64,000 bases of DNA from Octopus vulgaris (lineage: Eukaryota), in contig OX597833.1 in the NCBI GenBank assembly GCA_951406725.2, positions 4,588,001 through 4,652,000 of the forward strand. Direction: 5' to 3'. The position numbers were made by a program, and so were the translations under genes. This document shows positions 37,728 to 51,183 of the stretch, in pieces. Position 1 is the stretch's first letter; the number at the start of each line of letters is the position of its first letter. The notes under the pieces were generated by a model. The model worked only from the letters and a program-made list of their open reading frames with translations. It was not told the DNA's origin and searched no databases.

Positions 37728-39819
37728 TAATTGCGTCGTTTTAATTATTAACCCATTATTACCTTGTGTTCCAAAAATAACCGAAAAAAAACCGAAAAAA
37801 ACCCAGGAGAGTCAGAGAATTATGCAAAATAAAATATTTTTCCAATTTCCAATACAATCCATAAATAATCAACTTTTCCTGAAGCTTAACGAATCTCTGA
37901 TAAAAACAGCCAAAATAGGTTGGTTTGTGGGTTGGTCGGTTGGTCTGCAGTCACACTTTACACTGTATCGAGAGAGTTGGGGGAGAGACTGAGATGATAT
38001 TAGTATAAGAGGTGTTGTACAGTGGCAGGCTGGCAGAATCGTCGGCACACCGGGTGAAAAACTTTGTGGCATTTTGTCCGTGTTCAATTTCAGAGTTGAA
38101 GTTCCACTGAGATCGACTTTGCCTTTCGTCCTTTCAGAGTTGATAAAATAAGTTACCAGTTAAACACTGGGGTTGTTTTAAGCGACCTTTCCACTACCCC
38201 TCACCCCACTCACACCTGAAATTGCTGGCATCCATTTCTCCTTGTGTTATGAGGAAATACATTCACTCACTTTGTCTTTGTCTCACATGCACATGTGCAC
38301 ACATACATACATACAAAAAAGATGTATGCATCTATATTTATATACATGTATATAAAAGATAATGTGTGTATGTATGTGTGAGAGAGAGAGCGAGAGCAAT
38401 TGAGTACCACTTACACATACATGCAAAAGAACACATACATGATAGCACACACCTTCACTCACACACTCACTGTCTGTCTGTCTATCTCTCTCTCTCTCAC
38501 ACACACACACACATGTCCATTTCATGTACACATACAAACATCTTTCACTTTCTGCTCTCACTTCAAGGCAAATGTTGCCTTTTCACTTTCTCCTCTCTTT
38601 CAATTTCTGCTCTCTTTGAAATAAAAATTTTTTTTACAGAAATTAACTAATTATCATATGATCCCATATGATCAACCGTATCATTGAGTTGACAACTTTG
38701 CTACTTCAAACGAAAGAATGCCCTAAAGTAACCTCCTATTGGTACATACACACACACACTCTCTGTCTAGGTAAAACTTCTGTACAAATCATGTTAATTC
38801 TTGCTGTGTGCACGTGCAAAATTACAGCTCAAATCCAATTGAAATGGCCTTTTTCTATTCTGTAAGTCGTGTTTGTGATGAGCATACTTAAAAACCTGAT
38901 CCTCGATATAAATCTAAAAGGAAGTTTTCCCAGAAATCCTGCTCTTTACCTGTTGTTTCTAGCGGGTCCAAGGTGACACTTATGTCCCCTCCGCCCCCGA
39001 TATTTTCCCCAAATTTCTTCAGATTCTTATGTTTTTGATACAGGAGATTAGGATTTTGCTCCAAAAATACGTTCTCAATATTTTAACTTTCTCCCTCCTA
39101 AGGAGATATTAGTCATTTTTCATGGTTTCTAGGAGTAAACAACTAGGACATGGTTTCTAGGAGTAAACTCAAGGACAAAAATCGTGTTACAGTATTATGT
39201 TTGAATGCTAAAGGGTCAAATATCCTAACTCGAAATAAGCCAAATGTTGATGTTCAAAGTTTATTTAAACCCACAACCAACATAAAATATAAAAGTTTTG
39301 GCTGAGAACGGCAGCTAGCTAGAATTGAACTCACGATCATGGAAATACGGTGGCAAACCGGAAACGTTTATTATCTTGTAAGTTCAGAATGACCTGTCAA
39401 AGTTTCGTCGATTTAGGCTACTTTTTTTCTGATCTAATTGTTCTTAATTGCCCCAGATGTGTTGATCGTGTTCATTGATCAACTATCTGTCGGTAGCAAA
39501 AAGATAACGATGTGTTTTCATTAAATAGCTTAGGAAAAGGCGCCGAATTAAACCATATGGTAAGCTGTTTTAATACAGAGACACGTGTTTGAGCCAGCAT
39601 TTACACACATCCGTAATTCCACCACAAGACAAGAAGTAGCGGCGCGCGTGTGCGTGTGTGTGTGCATGTATGTGTACGTGTATATACACATACATCTATG
39701 CATATACTCACACACACTCACAAACACATACGCGCGTATTATTTGTGTGTATAGTCTGCGTCAGTTCATTTGATTGGCCATACTGGAGCATACATTCATA
39801 CACACGCACGTGTATTTGT

Positions 39820-40910
39820 GCTGTGTGTGTGTGTATATATATATGTGTGTGTGTGTATATATATATATGTGTGTGTGTATGTACCTTTTGCTCCAGTCAT
39901 TTGACTGCGGCCATACATTCACACACACATAAATATATATATACACACACATATATATATACACACATATATATATATACACACACACACATATATATAT
40001 ATACACACACAAACACATATATATATACACACACACACATATATATATACACACACACATATATATATACACACACATATATATATATACACACACGCAC
40101 ATATATATATATACACACACACATATATATATACACACACATATATATATATACACACACGCACATATATATATATACACACACAAACATATATATACAC
40201 ACACACATATATATATATATACACACGCGCACATATATATATATACACACACATATATATATACACACACACAAACATATATATACACACACACATATAT
40301 ATATATATACACACACGCACATATATATATACACACACACACATATATATATACACACACACACACACACATATATATATACACACATATATATATATAC
40401 ACACACACACACATATATATATATACTCACACACACACATATATATATATATACACACACACACACATATATATATACACACACACACATATATATATAT
40501 ACACACACATATATATATATATATATACACACACACATATATATATACACGCACATATATATATACACACACACAAACATATATATATACACACACACAC
40601 ATATATATATACACACACACAAACATATATATACACACACACATATATATATACACGCACACACACATATATATATACACACACACACATATATATATAT
40701 ACACACACATATATATACACACACACATATATATATACACACACATATATATATATATATACACACACATTATATATATATACACACACATTATATATAT
40801 ATACACACACATACATATACACACACATATATGTACACGCACATACACATATATATACACAAACACAGGCGCACGTGTATATGTGTCCACACACACACAC
40901 ACACATACAA
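39820..40910. repeat. Long compound (CA)n(TA)n microsatellite
   Basis: Directly visible; source of the spurious H/T/Y/I ORFs. Confidence 0.97.
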
Positions 40911-41237
40911 ACATTTTTATAAATATTCATACGCATATCCACGTGTATGGGTGTGTGTGTGAGTGAGTGAGGGTAACAGTTTGGTGCGATCAAGTTCTTT
41001 TTCTTTTTCTTTTTCGTTTCCAGCCGTGGCCAAGCCTCAAGCCCCCAACTCCTGGTTCCGTCTCTAGTAGCAGTTTTGATAATGTAAAAGCCGCGTTGCT
41101 GCCACATAGACACATACAGACAGGCAAGGTGCTTGCATTGGATGGTTGTACTTCGACTGACTGCTGGCTGAGTGAGTGGTGGTGGTCGCCGCTCACCAAT
41201 AAGCTTCTGACTTATAAACAGAGAGTAATTGAATGTC

Positions 41238-41328
41238 TGAGAGAGAGAGAGAGAAAAAGAGAGAGAGAGAGATGAGTAGATAGATAAAAATAGAGAGAGA
41301 CAGAGAAAGCGAGGGAGAGAGAGAGAGA
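41238..41328. repeat. (GA)n tract downstream of CCAAT/TATA-like motifs
   Basis: ccaat near 41196, ttataaa near 41212, then GA repeats. Confidence 0.8.
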
Positions 41329-43330
41329 TTGTTTAATAAAAGACTGTGAAACGGTTGTGATCAGAGCGACCACCTGGCAAGCATCACAGCTACCACAACT
41401 GCCGCCACAATTCGCAGACTGTCTCTTGTTTGGCTTTACAAACTAAAACCATCTTTAATTCTCAGCATCATCACCACCACCACCATCATCATCATTAACA
41501 ACAATAGCACCAATCACGCATATTGTCAGCAAGATCCCTCTCGCCACGACAACAACAATTTCGGATTTTCATTACTGGCCTTGTGGACTGTGGTGGGCTT
41601 TTATTTCTCTGGTTAATCCTTCCACAATAACTACCTCCCTCTCGATGCCATACACACAATATTTTTTAAACATCGACTTTTAAATCCCTCTCCGTTTTTT
41701 TTTTCTACACCCTCGTTACATTGCATAAACAAATATATATACACACAGATATACGCATACACACATATGTATATTCTCTAAAATGACTAAAAACGAAGAA
41801 TACACACTCTTTCTATAAAGCCTCCCAGATTGAAATTCAACGATCTTTTAAACCAATATCTTCATATCAATCTTTAATGGATCTTTGAAACACCTTATTC
41901 ATTTCAATTCTTGTTGTTCTCAACCTCCTTGTTTATTATTCTCCGGCCATACGCTTAAAACTGTTAATTCTTGGAGTATAAATATTTTTCTATGGCCCTG
42001 ACTGCTTATTTTCGCTTATCTGGCGATGCCTTTACTGGCTCCATTCATTGAACTGTAGTCGCATGTATGTTTATCTCAGCAGAATCTGTTTATCAACAAG
42101 CTCCGTACTTTCTACATCAGATCTACAGTTGCTATTTCACATTCTTCTGGCTTGTTTTAGTGCTACTGTTGTTTAATTATCTATCATCATTATTACTAAT
42201 AATCCCTCTGTCTTGTTTCTATCCCCCATTACGCATTTACCCCACCCCTTCATTCTATAGAATTTCACTCTAATATGATTCCTCTTCTTGAAGTGGTTGA
42301 CTAAATGTATAATTAGCGTTAAACACGCTACACGAGGTCTTTCTTCGCCAATTAGTGTTTTCCCTCTCTAATGCTCAAACACAGAATACATGCTGGGTCC
42401 GCCTATTTCTCGTTTCCTTACAGACTTCACTGAGACGATTTTAACCCCTATTTAATTAAACAACAGTTTGGTTGTAACTGTGATGGAACCAGAATTATTT
42501 TTACGAAGACTTGTTGCAATGGATCTCTTATAAATTTACAAATTCTTAAAAAAAAATCAAACCCACAAACTGTAACACAAAACCTGAAAATTCTTAGGCG
42601 TTGAGGACCTTACCGTTGGCCCTTCGTCACCCATTCCGAATGTGGGGCGAAAAGAACTTATTGTTGCTGTTAAATTCTTACCTTTAACGTTTTATATACC
42701 GTTAACTCTTCGTCATAATATTTTTCTAATTCTTTTCGTATCTGATTTTCGCCTGAATACATTGTTTAACGGTTGTTGTTTTAAAAGTTATTTTTAAAGA
42801 TAATATTTGTCTTCCATCGTTGCAAAATATTGTTGCAATTTAAATCGACATAATTACTGTTCTGTGATAATTTTTATAAACTATAAATTCCTCGTTGTTT
42901 AGTCAGCGAGTCGAATGGCACCAATTAAAACCCAATAACCGAACCCTGTGACAATTTGAAAACAAACGGATCTCAAAATTATTTAACACATTTCTTTTTC
43001 CCCTACAGGTCTTTCTGGTGTGGGTAGTGTTCAGTAAAAACCCACACGTTTAGATGGTGTATAAAGATTTCAAATATATATATATACATACATATACCTC
43101 TGTATGTATCCCCATCCCTTAAATAACTTGCAAACGAGTCTTTAAGTTCGTGCAGAAAAATTTTTTAAAAAGCCCTCAACAAGGGAAAAATTTTCTTGTT
43201 TCCTCGTTTCGCACATCTCACAGGTGCCTCTACCAATCTCTGTTTCCCTCTATCGCTATCCTGTAAAGTACTTCACCATCAGGTGCGCCTCGTTTGGTTT
43301 TATAGACTGACTGTCCGTGGTGGGAGCTAG

Positions 43331-43437
43331 ATGGCTGAAGTGACCAGTCCCCTTTCACCCAACAGAAGTCACGGCCACGAATCTGTTGGCAAGCGCTGTT
43401 CGGATCGTCTCCAACAATCCGGATTTGAAGGTTTTAC
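43331..43437 (+). CDS. Candidate first coding exon of an unidentified gene
   Basis: ATG directly after an in-frame TAG, open to a consensus gtaagt donor at 43438. Strong upstream acceptor (tttctttttcccctacag, 43008). Lies in a repeat-free island. Reads MAEVTSPLSPNRSHGHESVGKRCSDRLQQSGFEGF. No downstream exon identified. Confidence 0.45.
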
Positions 43438-44797
43438 GTAAGTAGTAGTTTGTATTTATTTAGCTTATCTAAACCCATGCATAACCTAACACACAGCACG
43501 TCAACTGCACACATATTAAATATGTTTATATATTTAAACTGTATTTATTATATGCACATTTTTCCTACGGTTTTTGCTTTGTAAGGTATACAGCCATTGA
43601 AAGTTTTTAAACAGATCTTTGATCCAAGACAAATGTATTATCAATAGGTAACAACCATGATTTCTAGATACATCTACCACTTACATATAAGGCACTGAAT
43701 CATGTGGGTATCAGTGCCCTGCGTTATAAGTTCAAATCCTGCCGATGTCAGCTTTGGTTTTCGTCCTTTTGGGGTTGATAAAAATTCTTTCTCTTTATCT
43801 TTGGATTGTCTTGGAAGATTCAGCATTAAGTCACAAAATGTTAAGCTGATTCGGCAAGAGAACTGCACCAAAGGTACACGTCCGTAGAATACCTGGCTAC
43901 TTACAAACACATTAATTTCATGAACAGGGATTCCGTTGATGGCACGACTGAACGATCATCGTCGAAAATGCCGGAGAACCCGTTACCATTTATTTATAAA
44001 TAAATCTCTGCGTGTGTATAACCACTCTTCGTGTATATCTATCATATTTTATATGCGTGTTTATAGCAGGTACTCGTCACAGACCTTAACAATTCATGGT
44101 GTATATGAGTTCTTAATCGAAGTAGATATTTTATTGTTGTTGGTGTTTTTTAACCCCAGGTCAAGCCCTGATCCAACAGACCTATAATCAGCGGTAACCA
44201 ATACCAAAGACCCCCAATATTTAGAGCTATTTTTGGCCTCATCACCTTACATATCATTTCAATTCTTTAAAGGATGCGTGATTTTAAGGGGACTTGGCTG
44301 TTATTGGTGCTAAACATGTATTTTATCCCAATCAACTCTGATACGTCATACTTGTTCAAAGATTTCCAAGTATTCTTCACATCTTCTATTCAAGCATAAT
44401 GTATCTAAGACTACATTATCAATTGTGCCCCCTCTTGTTCTTTTCAAAGACTATAACATTACAGGGGCGGACTGAGCCGTCGGTCAGTCGGACACCGCTC
44501 GAGGGCCCAGGGCCCGCACTCTACATGTTAACTCTACACAACAGTTATGCCCAGAGCCCTTAATACTCTCAATCCGTCACTGGTAACACATGATTACAGG
44601 AACACTTGGCTGCTATTTCTAGCAAAATGCGCAACCATGTAGATCAGTGTTTCTCTTAAAGGGTGCTACAGTCTCCCTTGGTGCTTGTGGTGGTGGGCAT
44701 GCGAGGATTGAAAAGAGCTGAAGAGTAATTACCATATCTTAGTAAAATCAAAATGGTTTTCTAAAACATTTCAAACTGTTTCAAATGAAGTAAAAAT

Positions 44798-45102
44798 GCC
44801 CCGGGCCGACCAATGCCTTGTGAGTGGATTTGGTAGACGGAAACTGAAAGAAGCCTGTCGTATATATGTATATATATATATATGTATGTGTGTGTATATG
44901 TATGTGTGTCTGTGTTTGTCCCCCTAGCATTGCTTGACAACCGATGCTGGTGTATTTACGTCCCCGTCACTTAGCGGATCGGCAAAAAGAGACCGATAGA
45001 ATAAGTACTGGGCTTACAAAAGAATAAGTCCCGGGGTCGAGTTGCTCGACTAAAGGCGGTGCTCCAGCATGGCCGCAGTCAAATGACTGAAACAAGTAAA
45101 AA
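44798..45102 (+). mobile_element. SINE family A, 5'-truncated
   Basis: Body and tail match 4212-4602. Confidence 0.85.
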
Positions 45103-45579
45103 TTGGTAAATCTATGTGGCTGCAAACTTGATTGTTTTCTTGTTAATAATAATAATAATAAGGGATGGTCATCTTTTTTAGTGGGTGTAGGGACATTAGA
45201 CTTGACAGCAGATCAAGTTTCTCTCAGGAATGTTACAGGTGTGGCTAAGGTGTGGTCTTACCTCCTCCTCCTCCTCATCATCATCATCATCACCACCACC
45301 ACCATCATCACCATCAAATCTTTTACCCTTTATGGGGTTGGGCAAAAGAGGACACTATAAATATATCGCAGGCTTTAAAAAAATAATTACTGGGGGGTCG
45401 ATCCATTTGATGAAGAAATGCTTCAGGGTGGTGCCCCAGCATGGCCGCAGTCTAATGGTTGAAACAACTAAAAGATAATAAAGATATATGGCTGTGTGGT
45501 AAGAAGCTTGCTTCCCAACCCCAGGATTCTGGGGTCAGTTGGACTGTATGGCACCTTGGACAAGTGTCTTCTACCATAA

Positions 45580-45940
45580 CGTGGCACTCTGTCGGTTACG
45601 ACGACACGGGTTCCAGTTGATCCGATCAAAGGAACAGCTTGCTCGTGAAATTGACATGCAAGTGGCTGAGCACTCCACAGACACGTGTACCCATAACATA
45701 ATTCACAGGGAGATTCAGTGTGACACAGTGTGTGATAAGGCTGGCCCTTTGAAATACAGGTACAAGAGAAACAGGAAGAAGGAGTGAGAGAAAGAGTACA
45801 GTAGGGTTCGCCCTCCCCCCTACCGGAGCTTCGTGGAGCTTTACGCTCAATAAACACTCACAACGCCTGGTCTAAGAATTGAAACCGCAATCCTACGACC
45901 ATGAGTCTGCTACCGTAACAACTGGGCCATTGCACTACCA
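45580..45940 (-). mobile_element. tRNA-derived SINE family C nested in a SINE A
   Basis: Minus-strand head TGGCCCAGTTG...GGTTTCAATTC. Flanking duplication gtcttctac(c/t)ata. Confidence 0.7.
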
Positions 45941-47924
45941 CGTCTTCTACTATACCCTCAGGCTGACCAAAGCCTTGTTAGTGGATATGGTAGACGGAAA
46001 CTGAAAGAAGCCCGTCTGTGTGGTAAGTAGCTTCTTGACCAACCACATAGTTCTGGGTTCAGTCCCACTACCTCGCACCTTGGGCAAGTGTCTTCTACTA
46101 TAGCCTCTGGCTGACCAAAGTTCTAAATTACAATCTTCCACCCAACCTTAGTCACAATTTATGTTCCTAACACCAGCTTAATCATAACTAAGTTATTTTA
46201 CTAAATTCTTTGTAATATTTAAAATCAATTGGAAGAAACACAGAACATCTCAACAGAAATATGGGAAGAAAAGGTTTAAAACCTATCAAAATTTGTATTA
46301 ATTTATATTCCAAACATCAGCTTAACAATGACAAAGATATTTTACTAAATTCTTGAATATTTTCAAAATTAATAGATAGGAAGATGGTGAATTTCAACAG
46401 AAATCTGGTAAGATAAGAGTTAAAGTGATCTGAAATAAAAGATTCCATCAAAACCTCACACTAATTTATGGACCAAACCAACTTAATGATGACAAAATTA
46501 TTTTACTAAATTCTTCAATAATTTCAAAATTCAACTGAAGCTTGTTGTTTTATGGTTGGATGCTCTTCCTGTTGCCAACCCTTACCTGTTTCCAAGTAAG
46601 GTAATATTTTGCTCCAGCTAGACACATAGGGAAGGACACTGTTCCTATGATGACACTTGTCTTACGACCGTTTGTCACGAAATGTCAAGAATTGCTAACA
46701 CATATCCACATATACATACACATACACACTTTTTATATACAAACACTGCCAGATCAGACTGGAGCCTGGGGCATCCTCCTGGCTTCCCAGATCCCCGGTC
46801 GAACCGTCCAACCCGTGCTAGCATGGAAAACGGACGTTAAACGATGATGATGATGATATATTCATCAGGTTTCTTTCAGTTTCCAGTTGCCAAATCCACT
46901 TACAAGGCTTTTATTGACTTGGGGTTATAGTTGAAGACCCTCGTCCAAAGTGCCACGCAGTGGGACTGAACCTGAAACCCTGTGGTTGGGAAGCAAACTT
47001 CTCTATCATACAGCCATGCCTAAGCTTATGGCCAAGTTCTTCTAAAACCGCTCTCTTCCAATATTTTATTCTTTTTATCTCATAGCTTTCAATAATGATT
47101 CTTTACCAAATAGAAACTTCTTTCAGAGGTTTTTATGATTCAGCTTTTATAGTTTTGATCCCTTTCTTCTTATTATATTTCTGTTAAAATATATTTCCTT
47201 TGTGTCATTCAATTCTTAAAATAATGAAAAATTTAGCAAAATAACTTTGGACATTATTAAGCTCAGGTTACTTTACTAAATTCTTCATTATTTAAAAAAA
47301 TTATTCAAAAGGGCAGTGTATTCCAGGAGAAATATGGTAACAAAAGAGTTAAAGTGATCTAAGTTAAAACTATCCTTCAAAATTTCACATTAATTTTTGT
47401 CCCAGACATCAGCTTAATAATGAGACAAATTTACTCTACTGAATTGCAAATTTTTTTCGGAAGTACAGGAGTCCAGAAATCTGGTTATTTTTGAAACTGG
47501 AATCCAGAAATCTGGCTTTGAATTTTGCAGGTTGTAGTAGTTCACTATGTGGTTGCTTTGTTTTGGTTTCTGTGGCGTTTGCGTCACACGATGCCAGATC
47601 AAGCAGACCCTGCTTTAGAAGTGTATTAATTTGTATATGTGTAAAAACCAACACTTCCTTTTTCCGATCTGAGATTCGAAACTGAATCTAAGGATTCTCG
47701 CTTGTCTGATCCACCACTGACTAAACAGGCGTGAAAGAAATTTCTTTATTTACATTATTTATATTCGATGGATATTTGTCCTCACTATGTATGCCCGTGG
47801 GCATATGGCGTAGTGGGTAAGAGCGCAGGCTACTTACCCCAAGATTCCTAGTTCGATTCCAGGCAGTGTCAATATCATCAAAAAATACCTTCGGAATGAG
47901 AACCCAGTTTCAAAATTTCTGCAA

Positions 47925-47970
47925 GACACCTGATGAAGGCTGGAGGGTGTATCAGCCGAAACATTGTGTT
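47925..47970 (+). ncRNA. Type I hammerhead ribozyme motif (Penelope-type)
   Basis: Stem I gacac/gtgtt, core CTGATGA(A), stem II ggctg/cagcc, GAAA, minimal stem III acat (acgt in the 3 kb minus copy). Confidence 0.65.
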
Positions 47971-48031
47971 AACAACAAACAAGATGAGGACAAATGTAAA
48001 TATTGTAAATAATGTACATAATTCCTCATCT

Positions 48032-48238
48032 CTTAACCCTTTAGTGTTTAAACCGGTCATATCCGGCCAAAATATTCTACCTATTTTATGTTCAAACTGG
48101 TCAGATCTGGTCATTCATAGCTACCTTATTGTGTCATTTTAAAAATAAACAATCATGAAATTATGCAAGATTAATTTTACATGGTGTGAATACATAAGCT
48201 TTACATTTGACAGAATAATCTGAATGCTAAAGGGTTAA
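48032..48238. mobile_element. piggyBac-like MITE family B
   Basis: TTAA-CCCTTTAG...CTAAAGGG-TTAA. Confidence 0.82.
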
Positions 48239-49952
48239 ATATAGAACAGAAATTTCTTTGTCCTGTCAAAAAATGATGGATGGTTTCCCTTCAACCTTCT
48301 ACTGTAAAATAACCTCAGGCCAACCAAATGCTTGTGAGTGGATTTGGTAGCTCATTGTGTGTGTGTGTGTGTGTGTGTGTGTTTGTATCTCCTTGTCTTG
48401 ATATCTCATGAAAGCTGTAAATGAGCGTCACTGTCATACAAGCAGTGTCGATCATTTCCAGTATTCTGCGCAAACATGTCTGGCCTGGGAAAATATTACA
48501 TTCCTTGGAAAGAGGTGAGGGTTGGTGACAGGAAGGGCATCCAGCTGTAGAAAAATCTGCTTCAGTGAACTCTATGAGAGCGAGGCAAGCATGGAAAATT
48601 GGACATTAAAATGATGATGGTGATGGTGGTGGTGATGATAAAGATGAAAGGATGTGATTTGAGGGAGATGTGGCTGTTATTTGTTGCTAGTCAAGGGACC
48701 ACCACCATCATCATCATCGTTTAACATCCGCTTTCCATGTTAGCATGGGTTGGACGATTTTGACTGAGGGCTGGCGAACCAGATGGCTACACCAGGCCCC
48801 AATCTTGATCCAGCAGAGTTTCTACAGCTGGATGCCCTTCCTAACACCAACCACTCTGAGAGTGTAGTGGGTGCTTTTTATGTGCCAGGGGAGGCTGGCA
48901 ACGGCCACCTTCGGTTGGTGCTTTTACAGGCCACCGGCATGGAAGCCAAAGTCTGTTTCATTAGATGTCACTTTTGGTATTTGCCCTAATTGCAGATCTT
49001 GATTGAATGTTATGTTTATTAAGTAATGTGTGGTGGTGGGGGCAGTAATTGTGTTGTTTTAATTATATCTTGACTGCAGCTCATTACTTCCACTAATTAA
49101 CCCATTCATTACCAATTTTCTGTTGAAATACACTACCTTTTCTTTTTAATTAATTAAACATTACGAAGAATTTAGTAAAATAACTTTCTTGTTATTAAAC
49201 TGGTGTTCTTTTTTTTTTTGGTGCATAAATTAATGTGAAATTTTGATGGGTGCAGGTTTTAATTAAGATCCGCTTAAACGAGAATCACGTATCATAGAAC
49301 TAGGGACTGTCTTAGGGAATTGGTATCAGAAAGGTTAATCATGGAATAGCCTTTATCTTGTTTCAGTCATTTGACTGTGGTCATGCTGGAGCACCACCTT
49401 GAAGGATTTTATTCAAACAAATTGCCCCGGGGCTCTTTTTTTTTTTAAACCTAGTACTTTTTCTATCAGACTCTATTGCTGAACTGCCAAGTTACAGGGA
49501 CATAAACATACCAACATAAGTTATCAAGCAGTGATGGGGAGGGGACAAAGATACACGCACAGCTGTATATATATAAATGAGTGTTTGTGTGTGTGTGTAT
49601 GTATGTGTGTATGTTCCTTATGCATTTGAAAACTGGGTTACTGATTTTGACATATGGGGTATCAAAAGATTCGGTAATCTTTTGGCTATCAAATAAACTT
49701 TATCTTTGTTTACATATTTTCTACGTTATCTCAACAACCAGGTTTCATTAGAAAGTGAAAGTAGTTTCACACTTTCAGTTTGAACTAAAATTACATCTAC
49801 CAGATCCACTCACAAGGCCTTCGTCGGCCCAAGGCTGTAGTAGATGACACTTGCTGATGATGCTACACTGCAGGACTGAACCCAGAACTATGTGGTTGGG
49901 AAGCAAGCTTCTTACCACACAGCCACCCCCACGCCCCTATATATATATATAT

Positions 49953-50140
49953 GGGACCGTTGGCGATTTTTTTCCTCTGTCTTCCCTTCTTGGGATCTTT
50001 CCTTTTCCTATGTTTCTGAAGAAGAGCTTCGCTCGAAACGTTAAATTCTCCTTGTTTCTTTCCTTTCCTGAGCGTCCAATAACATTATACTTGTTCCACG
50101 TCCTCGCATTGTTGTGTTTTCATGTTTAGATTAACTAACT
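49953..50140 (+). mobile_element. Penelope-like pLTR fragment within (TA)n
   Basis: Pyrimidine-rich unit containing a minimal hammerhead. A related minus-strand fragment is at ~28930-29130. Confidence 0.55.
50013..50045 (+). ncRNA. Minimal type I hammerhead ribozyme motif
   Basis: ttt-CTGAAGA-A-gagc(ttc)gctc-GAA-acgt-t-aaa: intact core, 4-bp stem II, palindromic stem III. Confidence 0.7.
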
Positions 50141-50157
50141 ATATATATCATCATCAT

Positions 50158-50202
<45 letters not shown>

Positions 50203-50984
50203 TACGACGGCCTCTTTTCAGTTTCCGTCTGCCAAATCCACTCACAGGGCTTTGGTTGGTCCGAGGCTATAGTAGAAGACACTTGCCCAAGGTGCCACGC
50301 AGTGGGACTGAACCTGGAACCATGTGGTTGGTAAACAAGCTACTTACCACACAGCCACTCCGGCGCCTACTATATATATATTATAAGCTTCTTTCAGTTT
50401 CTGCCTACCAAATCCACTGAGAAGGCTTTGGTTGGCCCAAGACCATAAAAGAAGACAATTGCCCAGGGTGCCATGTGGTGGGATTGAACCCAGGACCATG
50501 TGGTTAAGAAGCAAGCTTCTTACCACAGTTGAATGAATTGGACCCCAATTCTTTTTTTTTTTTTGTCTTTAAGTTTGGTACTTATTCTGTTAGTTTCTTT
50601 TTGCCAAACCGCTAAGTTGGGGTAAGGGTGTTGGGGTAGGCAACACCAGCATTGATTGTCAAGCGGTGGTGTACGACAAACACAGACAGATAGACACGCA
50701 ATGGGCTTCTTTCAGTTTCCATCTACCCTGCTTTGCTGATCAGCCAGAGAGCTTCCGTATGATTTCCAGCTACCAATTTCACTTGCATTGCTTTCAAGAT
50801 GTAGTGGACGAGACTTGTCCGAGGTGGTGGGCACTGGGATTGACCCAGAAGCCATGTGGTTGGGAAGGGAACTTAACGACACACAGTCATGCTTGTACTG
50901 ATAATTATCTGTATTATCTTAATTGGATTGTCATCACGTACCAAAGCCTCTCAATAAACAAGGATATAAGGATATATATATATA

Positions 50985-51027
<43 letters not shown>

Positions 51028-51068
51028 TGCCTTGTTCATTAAAAGTATATATGTATATATGTGTATAG

Positions 51069-51101
<33 letters not shown>

Positions 51102-51141
51102 TACACACACTGCCTTGTTCATCAAAAGTATACGTTTATAT

Positions 51142-51183
<42 letters not shown>

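Larger units (their letters stand above)
47742..48249 (+). mobile_element. tRNA-headed element carrying a hammerhead ribozyme
   Basis: A box TGGCGTAGTGG 47806-47816, B box GTTCGATTCC 47851-47860. Body homologous to 3145-3293. Tail interrupted by a MITE. Confidence 0.7.

Noticed and set aside
39658-40962. 434-aa His/Thr/Tyr/Ile ORF and similar ORFs at 5.9, 6.9, 24.8, 55 and 60.4 kb
   Set aside because: Translations of dinucleotide and tetranucleotide microsatellites.
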